DNA from: an uncultured virus (IMG/VR IMGVR_UViG_3300044644_001243)
Taxonomy: Duplodnaviria > Heunggongvirae > Uroviricota > Caudoviricetes
IMG/VR virus record: IMGVR_UViG_3300044644_001243
Span: 108,171 to 128,170 of that record
Length of the DNA: 20,000 nt
Direction: 5' to 3' (one strand)
Position numbers and translations under genes: made by a program. Shown here in pieces: positions 1 to 7,185 of the stretch (within the stretch, counting starts at the first letter, position 1; each line of letters begins with the position of its first letter). Below the pieces are notes generated by a model. The model saw only the letters and a list, made by a program, of their open reading frames with translations. It searched no databases and was not told the origin of the DNA.

Positions 1-16
1 ATAATTCTTTTTTCAT
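1..16 (-). CDS. 5' end of a gene running off the window (MKKRI...)
   Basis: ATG at 16-14, A-rich leader, promoter TACCTTTG at 47-54 (minus). Confidence 0.6.
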
Positions 17-94
17 AATGTTTGTTTTTTAATTGATTTCTTTTATCAAAGGTAAGGAATTGTTTTTACAATTCCAAACCTTTTTTAACTTTTT

Positions 95-289
95 TTAATT
101 TTTTTCTTGTGTTGGTTTACACCCTACATATAAGCAAGGGATAAACGATACCATACCAACTATCATCATAGTATTGGCAACCAACTCTTCGGTTTGTGTT
201 CTGCCACCCATTCCTACCATTAATCCGATAAGGATAACTATCAAAGTGGAAACGAACCACCAACTCCAATTGTACTGCGAAATTTTCAT
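95..289 (-). CDS. small membrane protein, 2 predicted TM helices (64 aa)
   Basis: Two hydrophobic stretches; own promoter at 317-348. Confidence 0.8.
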   Translation of the reverse strand: MKISQYNWSWWFVSTLIVILIGLMVGMGGRTQTEELVANTMMIVGMVSFIPCLYVGCKPTQEKN

Positions 290-364
290 CTTGTGTATGT
301 TTTAATGATTATGAAACAAAGATAAGCATAATCTTTTGATTATGCAAACCTTTTTTAACTTTTT

Positions 365-709
365 TTATTTTAATTTTAACCAATTATGATTCAATACTAC
401 TTTAACGATTTCTTCTTCTTCCGTTTCAGATAAAATAAAGGTATTACAAGTTTTTTGATTAAACCTTGTCATTTCTTTTACAAGTTTTTTAAACCCACTA
501 AATGCTGTGTAACTTTCCCATACAACCCCACCTTCATTTTTGTTACGTTGTACTGGGCTAACTGAAAGTTTTATACCTCTACCCTCAACACTACCACTAA
601 AATAGTTCATACCACCTAAATCATAGTATAATTCAACTTTTAAGTGTGTAATGTTTTTGTCGTTTGGTAACACTTCTAAATACTTTTTGCTAATTGATGT
701 CTTGCTCAT
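365..709 (-). CDS. hypothetical phage protein (114 aa)
   Basis: ORF with A-rich leader and promoter TATATTTG at 736-743. Confidence 0.85.
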   Translation of the reverse strand: MSKTSISKKYLEVLPNDKNITHLKVELYYDLGGMNYFSGSVEGRGIKLSVSPVQRNKNEGGVVWESYTAFSGFKKLVKEMTRFNQKTCNTFILSETEEEEIVKVVLNHNWLKLK

Positions 710-855
710 AATGTTTTGTTTTAATGATTATAGTACAAATATAAACATTCTTTTTTAATTGTGCAACATTTTATATAAAATAAAAATAAAATTATTTTTA
801 CTTTTTTCTTGCATAATTGATTTATAATTCCGATATTTGTTATGTCAATGATTCA

Positions 856-894
856 GACGTGCTACGAGAGTAGAAGAGTAGACTCCAACACGTC
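856..894 (+). ncRNA. repeat sRNA motif, copy 1 (transcript ~845-945)
   Basis: GACGTG-CTAC-GAGA-GTAG-AAGAGTAGACTCC-AACACGTC; plus-strand promoter TTGC 809-812 / GATATTTG 832-839; hairpin 923-941 downstream. Confidence 0.7.
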
Positions 895-922
895 CATACG
901 TGAACAACGGCAACCAATAAAA

Positions 923-941
923 AAAGGGTGTAATACCCTTT
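923..941. terminator. bidirectional intrinsic terminator
   Basis: AAAGGGT-GTAAT-ACCCTTT flanked by A- and T-tracts. Confidence 0.65.
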
Positions 942-946
942 AATTT

Positions 947-1075
947 TTAATAACCTCCCGTAAAAGTAATTAATATACCTCCATTCTTTTCTTCTGACTC
1001 AAAGGTTACTCCCGATTTGATAAACCCATCTAACATATCAGTAAAAGTTTCAGTTGATACAAATAAAGTTCTCAT
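947..1075 (-). CDS. small hypothetical protein, 42 aa (MRTLFVSTETFTDMLDGFIKSGVTFESEEKNGGILITFTGGY), not in the ORF track
   Basis: Translated by hand; AAAACAAAACATT-ATG leader like its neighbours; ends just before the terminator. Confidence 0.75.
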   Translation of the reverse strand: MRTLFVSTETFTDMLDGFIKSGVTFESEEKNGGILITFTGGY

Positions 1076-1105
1076 AATGTTTTGTTTTTAGGATATATTT
1101 TTAAA

Positions 1106-1321
1106 TTAATTTACATCGTGGTCTTCAACAATTTCTAATTGTTCATCAGTTAAAACATCATCAGCAACCATTTCAACATAAAACTTTGTAAAAGGTATTT
1201 CATTTTCAAATTCCTCAACTTGTTCGTTAAAACTTTCTTTGTTATCAGCAACAATACTTCTACCAATGTTATCAGCACTATTCTTATCAAATGCTGTTAT
1301 TTGTACATAAACTTTTACCAT
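1106..1321 (-). CDS. acidic hypothetical protein (71 aa)
   Basis: ORF with promoter cassette at 1350-1381. Confidence 0.8.
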   Translation of the reverse strand: MVKVYVQITAFDKNSADNIGRSIVADNKESFNEQVEEFENEIPFTKFYVEMVADDVLTDEQLEIVEDHDVN

Positions 1322-1349
1322 ACTATTTTATTTTAATTGATTTATAAAA

Positions 1350-1381
1350 CAAAGATAAGCATAAGTTTTCACTTATGCAAA
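1350..1381 (-). promoter_or_regulatory. Bacteroidota sigma70 promoter with hairpin spacer; identical copies at 11546-11577, 12807-12838, 15938-15969
   Basis: Minus strand TTTGCATAAGTGAAAACTTATGCTTATCTTTG: -33 TTTG, 20-nt spacer, -7 TATCTTTG; GCATAAG/CTTATGC inverted repeat. Confidence 0.85.
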
Positions 1382-1530
1382 TCTTTTTCAAAGTTTTTTA
1401 CAAAAAAATCAGTAATATTATTTAGTTTTATTCTAACTTCTTCTGCGTCTTGTCCATTGTCTTCTAATTGGTCTGCGATGTCATAAAGACTAATCAATTC
1501 TTCCCATACTTTTTTAATTTCCTTTTCCAT
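1369..1530 (-). CDS. hypothetical helical protein (53 aa; start revised to MEKEIKK)
   Basis: The track start at 1572 runs through the promoter at 1555-1562; ATG at 1530 fits the leader pattern. Confidence 0.7.
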   Translation of the reverse strand: MEKEIKKVWEELISLYDIADQLEDNGQDAEEVRIKLNNITDFFVKNFEKDLHK

Positions 1531-1603
1531 AGTTTCTAGTTGTTTAGTGTGAAACAAAGATAAGGAATACATTTCAATATTCCTAATCTTTTAATGATTA
1601 TTT

Positions 1604-1813
1604 TTAATTTATTTTTACTTCTTTTTTAACACCTTTAAACTTAACAATAAATTTTTGCATTTCATTCCAAGTATTACAATTAAATATGGTTTCATTATTC
1701 CCACCAAGTGTTACCAAGTGCCAATCTCCACCACCATTTCCCGTAAAGTTATCAGCAATAATACACTTTTCTTCGTGTCCATGATAATCTATTGTATAAA
1801 CTTCTATTTTCAT
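1604..1813 (-). CDS. hypothetical protein (69 aa)
   Basis: ORF with promoter at 1842-1873. Confidence 0.8.
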   Translation of the reverse strand: MKIEVYTIDYHGHEEKCIIADNFTGNGGGDWHLVTLGGNNETIFNCNTWNEMQKFIVKFKGVKKEVKIN

Positions 1814-1889
1814 AACTTATATTGTTTTAATTAGTATATAACAAAGATAAGGAATACTTTTCAATATTCCAAATCTTTTGTAATTATTT

Positions 1890-2549
1890 TTATTGTGCCA
1901 ACTCAACAAGTTTTTGTTGTGTAGGTTTATGACTTTGTATCAATTCGTCCAATGTCATAAATGTTTTACAATTTTCTTTATCTCTATGTAACCATTCGTT
2001 GGTATTATAAGTCAAACCAACAATTTTGTATGCTTGCACTACTTTACCACTTTCAAGTGTTACTTTAACAATTTCACGTTTAAAATCAACATAGATTTTG
2101 TGGTATTGTTTGTTGTTAAAATAATCAAAGCGACTATCACCACTACTATATTTTTTTGTTTTGCTGACAAAAAATAATTGGGTTTCCCAACCTTTATGTT
2201 CACCCAATGGTTGTTCTTTTGTTCGTTCCAACATTTTATCCAACGTGTGTTGGTCTTGCTCACTATTAGGGTATCTATACCCCAACTCAACATTTACCAC
2301 TTTACCAAATTCTTTTTCAAACTCTTTAATGTCACTCTTAAATTGCGTCACAAAAACTTTCATCATTGTAAGATTGTGTTTCGCAATAGTTTCTTTGAAT
2401 CTGTCTTCTTCTTTTAGACACTCATTAATAGTATCAAAACTAAAACGTGATGTCCCATTAGTTGGTTTAGGGTTTATCCTTGTAAACTCACTAATTAAAC
2501 TATTTACTAAACCTTGTTGTAAACTTGTTAATTGTTCAAACTTTTCCAT
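1890..2549 (-). CDS. hypothetical protein (219 aa)
   Basis: Long ORF; promoter at 2580-2587. Confidence 0.9.
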   Translation of the reverse strand: MEKFEQLTSLQQGLVNSLISEFTRINPKPTNGTSRFSFDTINECLKEEDRFKETIAKHNLTMMKVFVTQFKSDIKEFEKEFGKVVNVELGYRYPNSEQDQHTLDKMLERTKEQPLGEHKGWETQLFFVSKTKKYSSGDSRFDYFNNKQYHKIYVDFKREIVKVTLESGKVVQAYKIVGLTYNTNEWLHRDKENCKTFMTLDELIQSHKPTQQKLVELAQ

Positions 2550-2574
2550 TGTGTTTTATTTTAATTGATTAATA

Positions 2575-2618
2575 CCCTACAAAGATAAACATTATTTTTA
2601 ATTCTGCAACTATTTTGT
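2575..2618 (-). repeat. 44-bp promoter block identical to 16535-16578
   Basis: CCCTACAAAGATAAACATTATTTTTAATTCTGCAACTATTTTGT at both sites. Confidence 0.9.
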
Positions 2619-2700
2619 AATAAAATAAAAATAAAATTATTTTCACTTTTTGCTTGCATATGTCAAATATTATTGCAATCTTTGTATTGTACAATTAAGG

Positions 2701-2747
2701 TACGTGCTGCGAGAGTAGAAGAGTAGACTCCGACACGTCTATACGTG
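2701..2747 (+). ncRNA. repeat sRNA motif, copy 2
   Basis: TACGTG-CTGC-GAGA-GTAG-AAGAGTAGACTCC-GACACGTC; promoter AATCTTTG at 2677-2684. Confidence 0.7.
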
Positions 2748-2771
2748 AACGGCAACCAACCATAAAAAAAA

Positions 2772-2789
2772 GGTGACACTACTGCCACC
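2772..2789 (-). terminator. intrinsic terminator
   Basis: Minus strand GGTGGC-AGTAGT-GTCACC followed by a T-tract. Confidence 0.65.
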
Positions 2790-3054
2790 CTTGTTTAGTT
2801 ATTTTAGGTTTACCATTAATTTTTTCCCACTTCTCAAACCATTCTCCCCATTCACCACGTCTGCTACGTGAAACAAAAACTGGGTCTTCACCAATATGAT
2901 TATCCAAAATATAATCTTTTAATGCTTTCTTTAATTCAGTATAAGTATTGAATTTCTTTGTTGTGTATTCAGTTCTTACACCATATCTTTCTACTCTGTA
3001 ATCGTGTAGACTTTCACTTGTCATATACGTTACTTGTGGTTTAAAATTTGCCAT
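2779..3054 (-). CDS. hypothetical phage protein (91 aa, C-terminal RRGEWGEWFE motif)
   Basis: ORF with promoter at 3079-3086. Confidence 0.85.
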   Translation of the reverse strand: MANFKPQVTYMTSESLHDYRVERYGVRTEYTTKKFNTYTELKKALKDYILDNHIGEDPVFVSRSRRGEWGEWFEKWEKINGKPKITKQGWQ

Positions 3055-3110
3055 TGTGTTTTATTTAATTTGTTTTAACAAAGATAATACTTACATTTGA
3101 CAATTCCAAA

Positions 3111-3578
3111 TTATAATGGAAATATTTTTGCACTTTTAAATTTATACAAAGGTGTGCCAATCGTTTCAAGTATGTCTATTTTATTTGTAAATCTTTCGTT
3201 CATACAATCGGCAACAATATAAATTCCGTCTTTATCACCACAACCAACCAATTTAACTTTTTGCTTATAGTCAAACTTACCACCCCAACGTTTTAATAAA
3301 TCTCTGCTCATTGCTATAAACTTTTGTTCACTTGCTTTAAATGGATTAATTTTTAACATACTTGCTGTCGTGTATGGGTCACTATCACATTGTCCTTCAA
3401 CTGCGTTATACATAGTTACCATTACTTTGGTATGTTTAACTTTTTTCTTTTTAGGTGCTTTTGGCTTGATTGTAGCCACTTTCGTATAGTGTGTAGTAAT
3501 AGTAGTTGTCTTCAATAAATAAACGCAACCAAAGACAATTAAACTTGATACTAATACTTCTTTGAATTTATACTTCAT
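3111..3578 (-). CDS. 3D (Asp-Asp-Asp) domain protein with N-terminal membrane anchor; putative peptidoglycan-acting
   Basis: VTMYN..QCDSDPYTTAS..IAMSRDLL..VADCM..KIDIL pattern typical of 3D/MltA-like domains. Confidence 0.8.
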   Translation of the reverse strand: MKYKFKEVLVSSLIVFGCVYLLKTTTITTHYTKVATIKPKAPKKKKVKHTKVMVTMYNAVEGQCDSDPYTTASMLKINPFKASEQKFIAMSRDLLKRWGGKFDYKQKVKLVGCGDKDGIYIVADCMNERFTNKIDILETIGTPLYKFKSAKIFPL

Positions 3579-3685
3579 TGCTTGTTAATTTAGATTGTTT
3601 TGCAAATATAAGAAAAACTTTTTAAATAAAAAAATTTATTTTACTTGTTTTTTAAAAATATTATTACAATCTTTGTATTGTCGGT

Positions 3686-3733
3686 GGACGTGCTACAAGA
3701 GTAGAAGAGTAGACTCCGTCACGCCCATATGCG
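3686..3733 (+). ncRNA. repeat sRNA motif, copy 3
   Basis: GGACGTG-CTAC-AAGA-GTAG-AAGAGTAGACTCC-GTCACGCCC; promoter AATCTTTG at 3668-3675. Confidence 0.7.
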
Positions 3734-3747
3734 AACGTTATGAAATT

Positions 3748-3766
3748 ATTTAGAATGAATATAAAT
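3748..3766. promoter_or_regulatory. Fur-box-like imperfect palindrome
   Basis: ATTTAGAATGAATATAAAT; near-identical copy at 19452-19470; 11 nt upstream of a plus-strand promoter. Confidence 0.5.
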
Positions 3767-3777
3767 AACAAAATTAT

Positions 3778-3808
3778 TTTGTTATGTGAAAAATAATGAT
3801 TACTTTTG
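3778..3808 (+). promoter_or_regulatory. sigma70 promoter, plus strand
   Basis: TTTG 3778-3781, 19-nt spacer, TACTTTTG 3801-3808. Confidence 0.6.
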
Positions 3809-3814
3809 TCCCTT

Positions 3815-4042
3815 GAATAATTATGGGTGTGACTACTCATATGAATAGTCACGCCATAACTATAAACAACAAACAAACAAGAGAGTGTTTAAGGTACAAC
3901 ACACAACCGATAATACTTTATAATATAGTGGTGCTATCCCACCCAAGATAGCACACTCGCATACTCATTGGCAACCAAGGTAATTACTCCCCAATCTGCG
4001 ATAAGTTAATAGTTAGACTATTCACTATATATATGTTTTTTT
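3815..4042 (+). ncRNA. candidate structured ncRNA (long hairpin plus four-way junction); strand not certain
   Basis: No credible ORF; stems 3821-3859, 3923-3930/4023-4030, 3931-3954, 3957-4001, 4008-4022; T-tract 4036-4042. Confidence 0.55.
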
Positions 4043-4104
4043 GGTTATGCTCGGAAACTTAATCCACTACACCATATACCTACCAAAAACTTTCTTTCTT
4101 ATTA

Positions 4105-4136
4105 CAAATGTATGAATTATTTTTTAAACTTCCAAA
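4105..4136 (-). promoter_or_regulatory. sigma70 promoter firing into the ORF-less structured region
   Basis: Minus-strand TTTG (4133-4136), 20-nt spacer, TACATTTG (4105-4112). Confidence 0.6.
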
Positions 4137-4209
4137 TAATTCTTAAACTTTTTTTAAACTTTTTTTTCATCACCCCAACACACACCACACACCCCCATAC
4201 ACCACACGA

Positions 4210-4232
4210 GTACAGATTTCTGTACAAGGTAT
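4210..4232. repeat. 23-bp inverted repeat partner of 19968-19990, with palindromic core
   Basis: GTACAGATTTCTGTACAAGGTAT is the exact reverse complement of 19968-19990. Confidence 0.85.
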
Positions 4233-4510
4233 TACTTGATAGGTGCTAACACATCTATTTGAGTGTCATCAAACGTATCACTAGCATTTAATGATAGTTT
4301 ATACACACCATTTGTTTTTGGGTGCAACCTATGTCTAACTTCGTGGATAATTTTATCCTTATGTTTATAACTACCCATATATTGCCACTCTTCACCTCCA
4401 TTCAATGCAACCATTGGTTCATCAATATTCTCATTGATTGGATGATTAGCAACAAAGTTCCATATGTAATCCCATTCAGTTGAATTGTGTTTTATGTTTA
4501 AAAATTCCAT
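4232..4510 (-). CDS. hypothetical phage protein (92 aa, EEWQYMGS..HEVRHRLHP motif)
   Basis: ORF; promoter at 4515-4546 directly abuts the ATG. Confidence 0.85.
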   Translation of the reverse strand: MEFLNIKHNSTEWDYIWNFVANHPINENIDEPMVALNGGEEWQYMGSYKHKDKIIHEVRHRLHPKTNGVYKLSLNASDTFDDTQIDVLAPIK

Positions 4511-4527
4511 ATAACAAATGTATGCAA

Positions 4528-4866
4528 TTAAAATGAGAAATGCAAATGTTTATTAATAAAACTTTCAATATTTTTTCCTTGTACTGCGTCCAAAAATTCA
4601 TCATCACTAGTATCCAATGTCATAAGTATACCATCTGCTTGTTTTGGGTAACCACTATTAAATGGTTCAATACCTTTGCTACTCACATCGTAATTAGATA
4701 AAATAGGAATTGAACTAAACCCCACATACCTTGTTTCAATTTCATCGGGCAAACATTTATATGCGTCTGCCAATAACCATTTAACTTCTTCAACTCTATC
4801 TAATTCCATATCTGCACTTTGTTGTGCTATAACATTATCGTTATAAATAAATTGTACTAATTTCAT
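4528..4866 (-). CDS. hypothetical protein (112 aa)
   Basis: ATGA overlap with the upstream gene. Confidence 0.8.
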   Translation of the reverse strand: MKLVQFIYNDNVIAQQSADMELDRVEEVKWLLADAYKCLPDEIETRYVGFSSIPILSNYDVSSKGIEPFNSGYPKQADGILMTLDTSDDEFLDAVQGKNIESFINKHLHFSF

Positions 4867-5096
4867 TCCCTTGCTAATTTAACATCAATTTCTAAATCAG
4901 TTCTGCCACTTCCATAACGTGGTTCAACTTTACCATTTCTTCTCCATACAACCACAATATAACCATTGTGTAAATTTGGTTTACCACAAATAGGGTCTTG
5001 TACCAATCCAACATATAGATTATCTCTTTCTTTGTACCTTAAATCTTTTATTGGATAACCACCCAACGTTTGTGTTATTTTATCTATATTTTTCAT
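4863..5096 (-). CDS. hypothetical protein (77 aa)
   Basis: Operon-packed ORF. Confidence 0.8.
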   Translation of the reverse strand: MKNIDKITQTLGGYPIKDLRYKERDNLYVGLVQDPICGKPNLHNGYIVVVWRRNGKVEPRYGSGRTDLEIDVKLARE

Positions 5097-5097
5097 A

Positions 5098-5340
5098 TTA
5101 ATAAGTTGCTATAAATAAACAAATTTCTTTTACAAATATTAAATTACATTTTAATAAATCAAAGACAATACGTTCAGCGTTTATTGCATCTATCAAATCT
5201 TTTTTATTCATTGATAAATAAAAATAACTTGCTTCTGCTTCATCTATTTTATCAACACTTTCTGCAAAAGTATCAGTTGATAAAATATTGGTATCTAACA
5301 TTCTGTTAAATTCTTCAAGTGTCCATTCTTTAAATTCCAT
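5098..5340 (-). CDS. hypothetical protein (80 aa)
   Basis: ORF; promoter at 5366-5373. Confidence 0.8.
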   Translation of the reverse strand: MEFKEWTLEEFNRMLDTNILSTDTFAESVDKIDEAEASYFYLSMNKKDLIDAINAERIVFDLLKCNLIFVKEICLFIATY

Positions 5341-5402
5341 AATTTCTAGTGTTTATTTGTTTCTTCAAAGATAAGTAATTTATTTCAATATTCCAAACAA
5401 AA

Positions 5403-5426
5403 AAGGGTAAAATTAATTTTACCCTT
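5403..5426 (-). terminator. intrinsic terminator
   Basis: AAGGGTAAAA-TTAA-TTTTACCCTT just after the 5435 stop. Confidence 0.7.
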
Positions 5427-5434
5427 ATTTTATT

Positions 5435-6097
5435 TTATCTTTCCATTAGGTCAAATACTAATTCAGTAAAGCCTTTTGGTATTTCTGCTTTTTTTGAAAC
5501 AACACTTATTTTATCTCTCGCCCAAACTCCAATTAACTCAACGTTGCCTTGTTTCTTTTCGGTGCTAACAAAAAAGTCACCACCACCTCTGCCGTTGCCC
5601 TCACAAGTCAATAATGGTAAAGGGTGTATTTTCCATCCGTCACTATCTTTTGGTGTTTTGGTTTTATTAACAAATTCTTTTTTGTCGTGGTTCACCAAAT
5701 ACTTTGCCGTCAAAGGTGCAACCCCTTTGTAATCGTGTTCATATTTGCTTTTAACACTTTCAGTATGTGTAATTCTACCGATAGTATCAGATAAACTATA
5801 TAAGTTCACACCTTTTTCTTTCAATACTTTGCTATTCCAATACTCACTTTCTTCGTCTGCTAATAATTTTATTTCAGCATTTGAAAGTGTTGTTGGGTCT
5901 TCCTCGTCTGCATAGTCGCCAGCCCAAACAAGTTTTTGTGGTGCAACCATAAGTTGTCGTTCAACAAATCTTACCATTGGATTTTTCTCCCAAGAATGTT
6001 CCATTAATTTTGCACCACTTCCAAAGTCGTAAGATGATACACTTGCTATTGGTTTTTGGTTCTCTGCCAAAAATACTGCTTTGTAATACTGTCCCAT
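5435..6097 (-). CDS. conserved-type phage protein of unknown function (220 aa)
   Basis: MGQYY..KLMEHSW..VWAGDYAD..HPLPLLT..GNGRGGGDF motifs recalled from phage hypotheticals. Confidence 0.9.
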   Translation of the reverse strand: MGQYYKAVFLAENQKPIASVSSYDFGSGAKLMEHSWEKNPMVRFVERQLMVAPQKLVWAGDYADEEDPTTLSNAEIKLLADEESEYWNSKVLKEKGVNLYSLSDTIGRITHTESVKSKYEHDYKGVAPLTAKYLVNHDKKEFVNKTKTPKDSDGWKIHPLPLLTCEGNGRGGGDFFVSTEKKQGNVELIGVWARDKISVVSKKAEIPKGFTELVFDLMER

Positions 6098-6452
6098 AAT
6101 ATATTGTTTTTATTTGTTTATGTAAAGATAAGTAAATTATTTCAATCTACCAAATTTATTTTAATCTTTTTTCAAAATAATTTCGTGTAGATAAACTTGT
6201 GCCTCACTTCCAAAATCATTGTATTGAATTAGAATAGGATACATACTAAAATCGTCATTATCAAATTCTTCATCAATGTCTTCAATGAAATTGATTGTGT
6301 AATCGTTTCCTTTGATTGGGTCGGGGTCATTCCAAACCAATTGCTTATTCTCTGACAATGCTTGTTTTAAATCTGCTAAACTTCTCATAATATATTGTTT
6401 TTATTTGTTTATGTAAAGATAAGTAATTTATTTCAAACTACCAAATTTATTT
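6095..6452 (-). repeat. 67-bp direct repeats (6095-6161 and 6386-6452) flanking one gene
   Basis: 65/67 identical; each contains promoter, leader and ATG. Confidence 0.9.
6161..6388 (-). CDS. acidic hypothetical protein (75 aa)
   Basis: ORF between the direct repeats. Confidence 0.8.
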   Translation of the reverse strand: MRSLADLKQALSENKQLVWNDPDPIKGNDYTINFIEDIDEEFDNDDFSMYPILIQYNDFGSEAQVYLHEIILKKD

Positions 6453-6726
6453 ACAACATTTTTCTAACTTTTTCAAAATGTTTTTCTATTTGATTAACAA
6501 ACTTAATAGCACTTTGCTTTGTTTTAGCATAAGCGAAAAACTGACAAAACTCGCTATCAAATTCAATGCCTTTACAATTTATCTTTTCTTGTATAAACTC
6601 TTCAAAGTCATAAGCACTCTCAAACTCTTTTATAGTCATGCTTTTTTTAGGGTTGCCCGTAATGGTAATGTCATCACCATTATCATAAACTTTCATTCCA
6701 ATTGGGGATATATAAATTGCTTCCAT
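6451..6726 (-). CDS. hypothetical protein (91 aa)
   Basis: ORF; hairpin promoter at ~6751-6782. Confidence 0.8.
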   Translation of the reverse strand: MEAIYISPIGMKVYDNGDDITITGNPKKSMTIKEFESAYDFEEFIQEKINCKGIEFDSEFCQFFAYAKTKQSAIKFVNQIEKHFEKVRKML

Positions 6727-6797
6727 TTGTTTTTGTTTTATTTGTTTCAGTAAAGATAAGGATAAGTTTTCACTTATCCAAATCTTTTTTAATTATT

Positions 6798-7097
6798 TTA
6801 CCAAAATAATTGTTTATTCATATCACTTTTAGTTTCGCACCACTCCAGTATTTGCTCTGCATAATAGTGTGTAGTCAAGTCGCTTAAAAAGTTATACATA
6901 TCTCTATAAGGATTGCTAAACTTTGTACTAAACTCTCTGCGTGTCCATTCTTTTGCGTTGGATTGGTCACTACCTTTGTTGCTACCTTTTGAGTAGTCCC
7001 ACTCTTTACCAATAATGGTAATTTTAGTTTTTGTTGCGTTCACGGTAATTATACCCCCTTTGCAATACTCTCCAATTTTAAATGTTCTTGTTGCCAT
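6798..7097 (-). CDS. hypothetical protein (99 aa)
   Basis: ORF with leader and promoter at ~7127-7159. Confidence 0.85.
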   Translation of the reverse strand: MATRTFKIGEYCKGGIITVNATKTKITIIGKEWDYSKGSNKGSDQSNAKEWTRREFSTKFSNPYRDMYNFLSDLTTHYYAEQILEWCETKSDMNKQLFW

Positions 7098-7185
7098 TGT
7101 TTTGTTGTTTTATTGATTAATAATAGTAAAGATAATATAAAAGAATAACACTACCAAATTTTGATAGTGTTATTTTTAAATTATT

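Noticed and set aside
863..870. TACGAGAG resembling the 23S sarcin-ricin loop
   Set aside because: Present only in copy 1; other copies use different stems and loops, so it is just a GNRA hairpin
856..894. Known small ribozyme (hammerhead, HDV/theta, twister, pistol)
   Set aside because: I could not find their catalytic-core consensus (e.g. CUGANGA/GAAA) in the copies
2060..2568. Overlapping or antisense ORFs (2060-2293, 2161-2568, 2178-2417; also 5544, 6478, 7292, 9589, 12555, 13511, 15005)
   Set aside because: Shadow frames of well-supported minus-strand genes
2865..2875. Partial parS-like sites (TACGTGAAACA; also ~17119-17130)
   Set aside because: Half-sites inside coding sequence; likely chance
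3664..3876. Minus-strand ORF of 70 aa (also 17808-18008, 19203-19400, 19626-19880 and plus-strand 19751-19939)
   Set aside because: They run across promoters, sRNA motifs or terminators, have atypical composition and lack the leader pattern
4043..4080. tRNA-like TGGTGTAGTGG on the minus strand
   Set aside because: No anticodon arm or TTC T-loop follows
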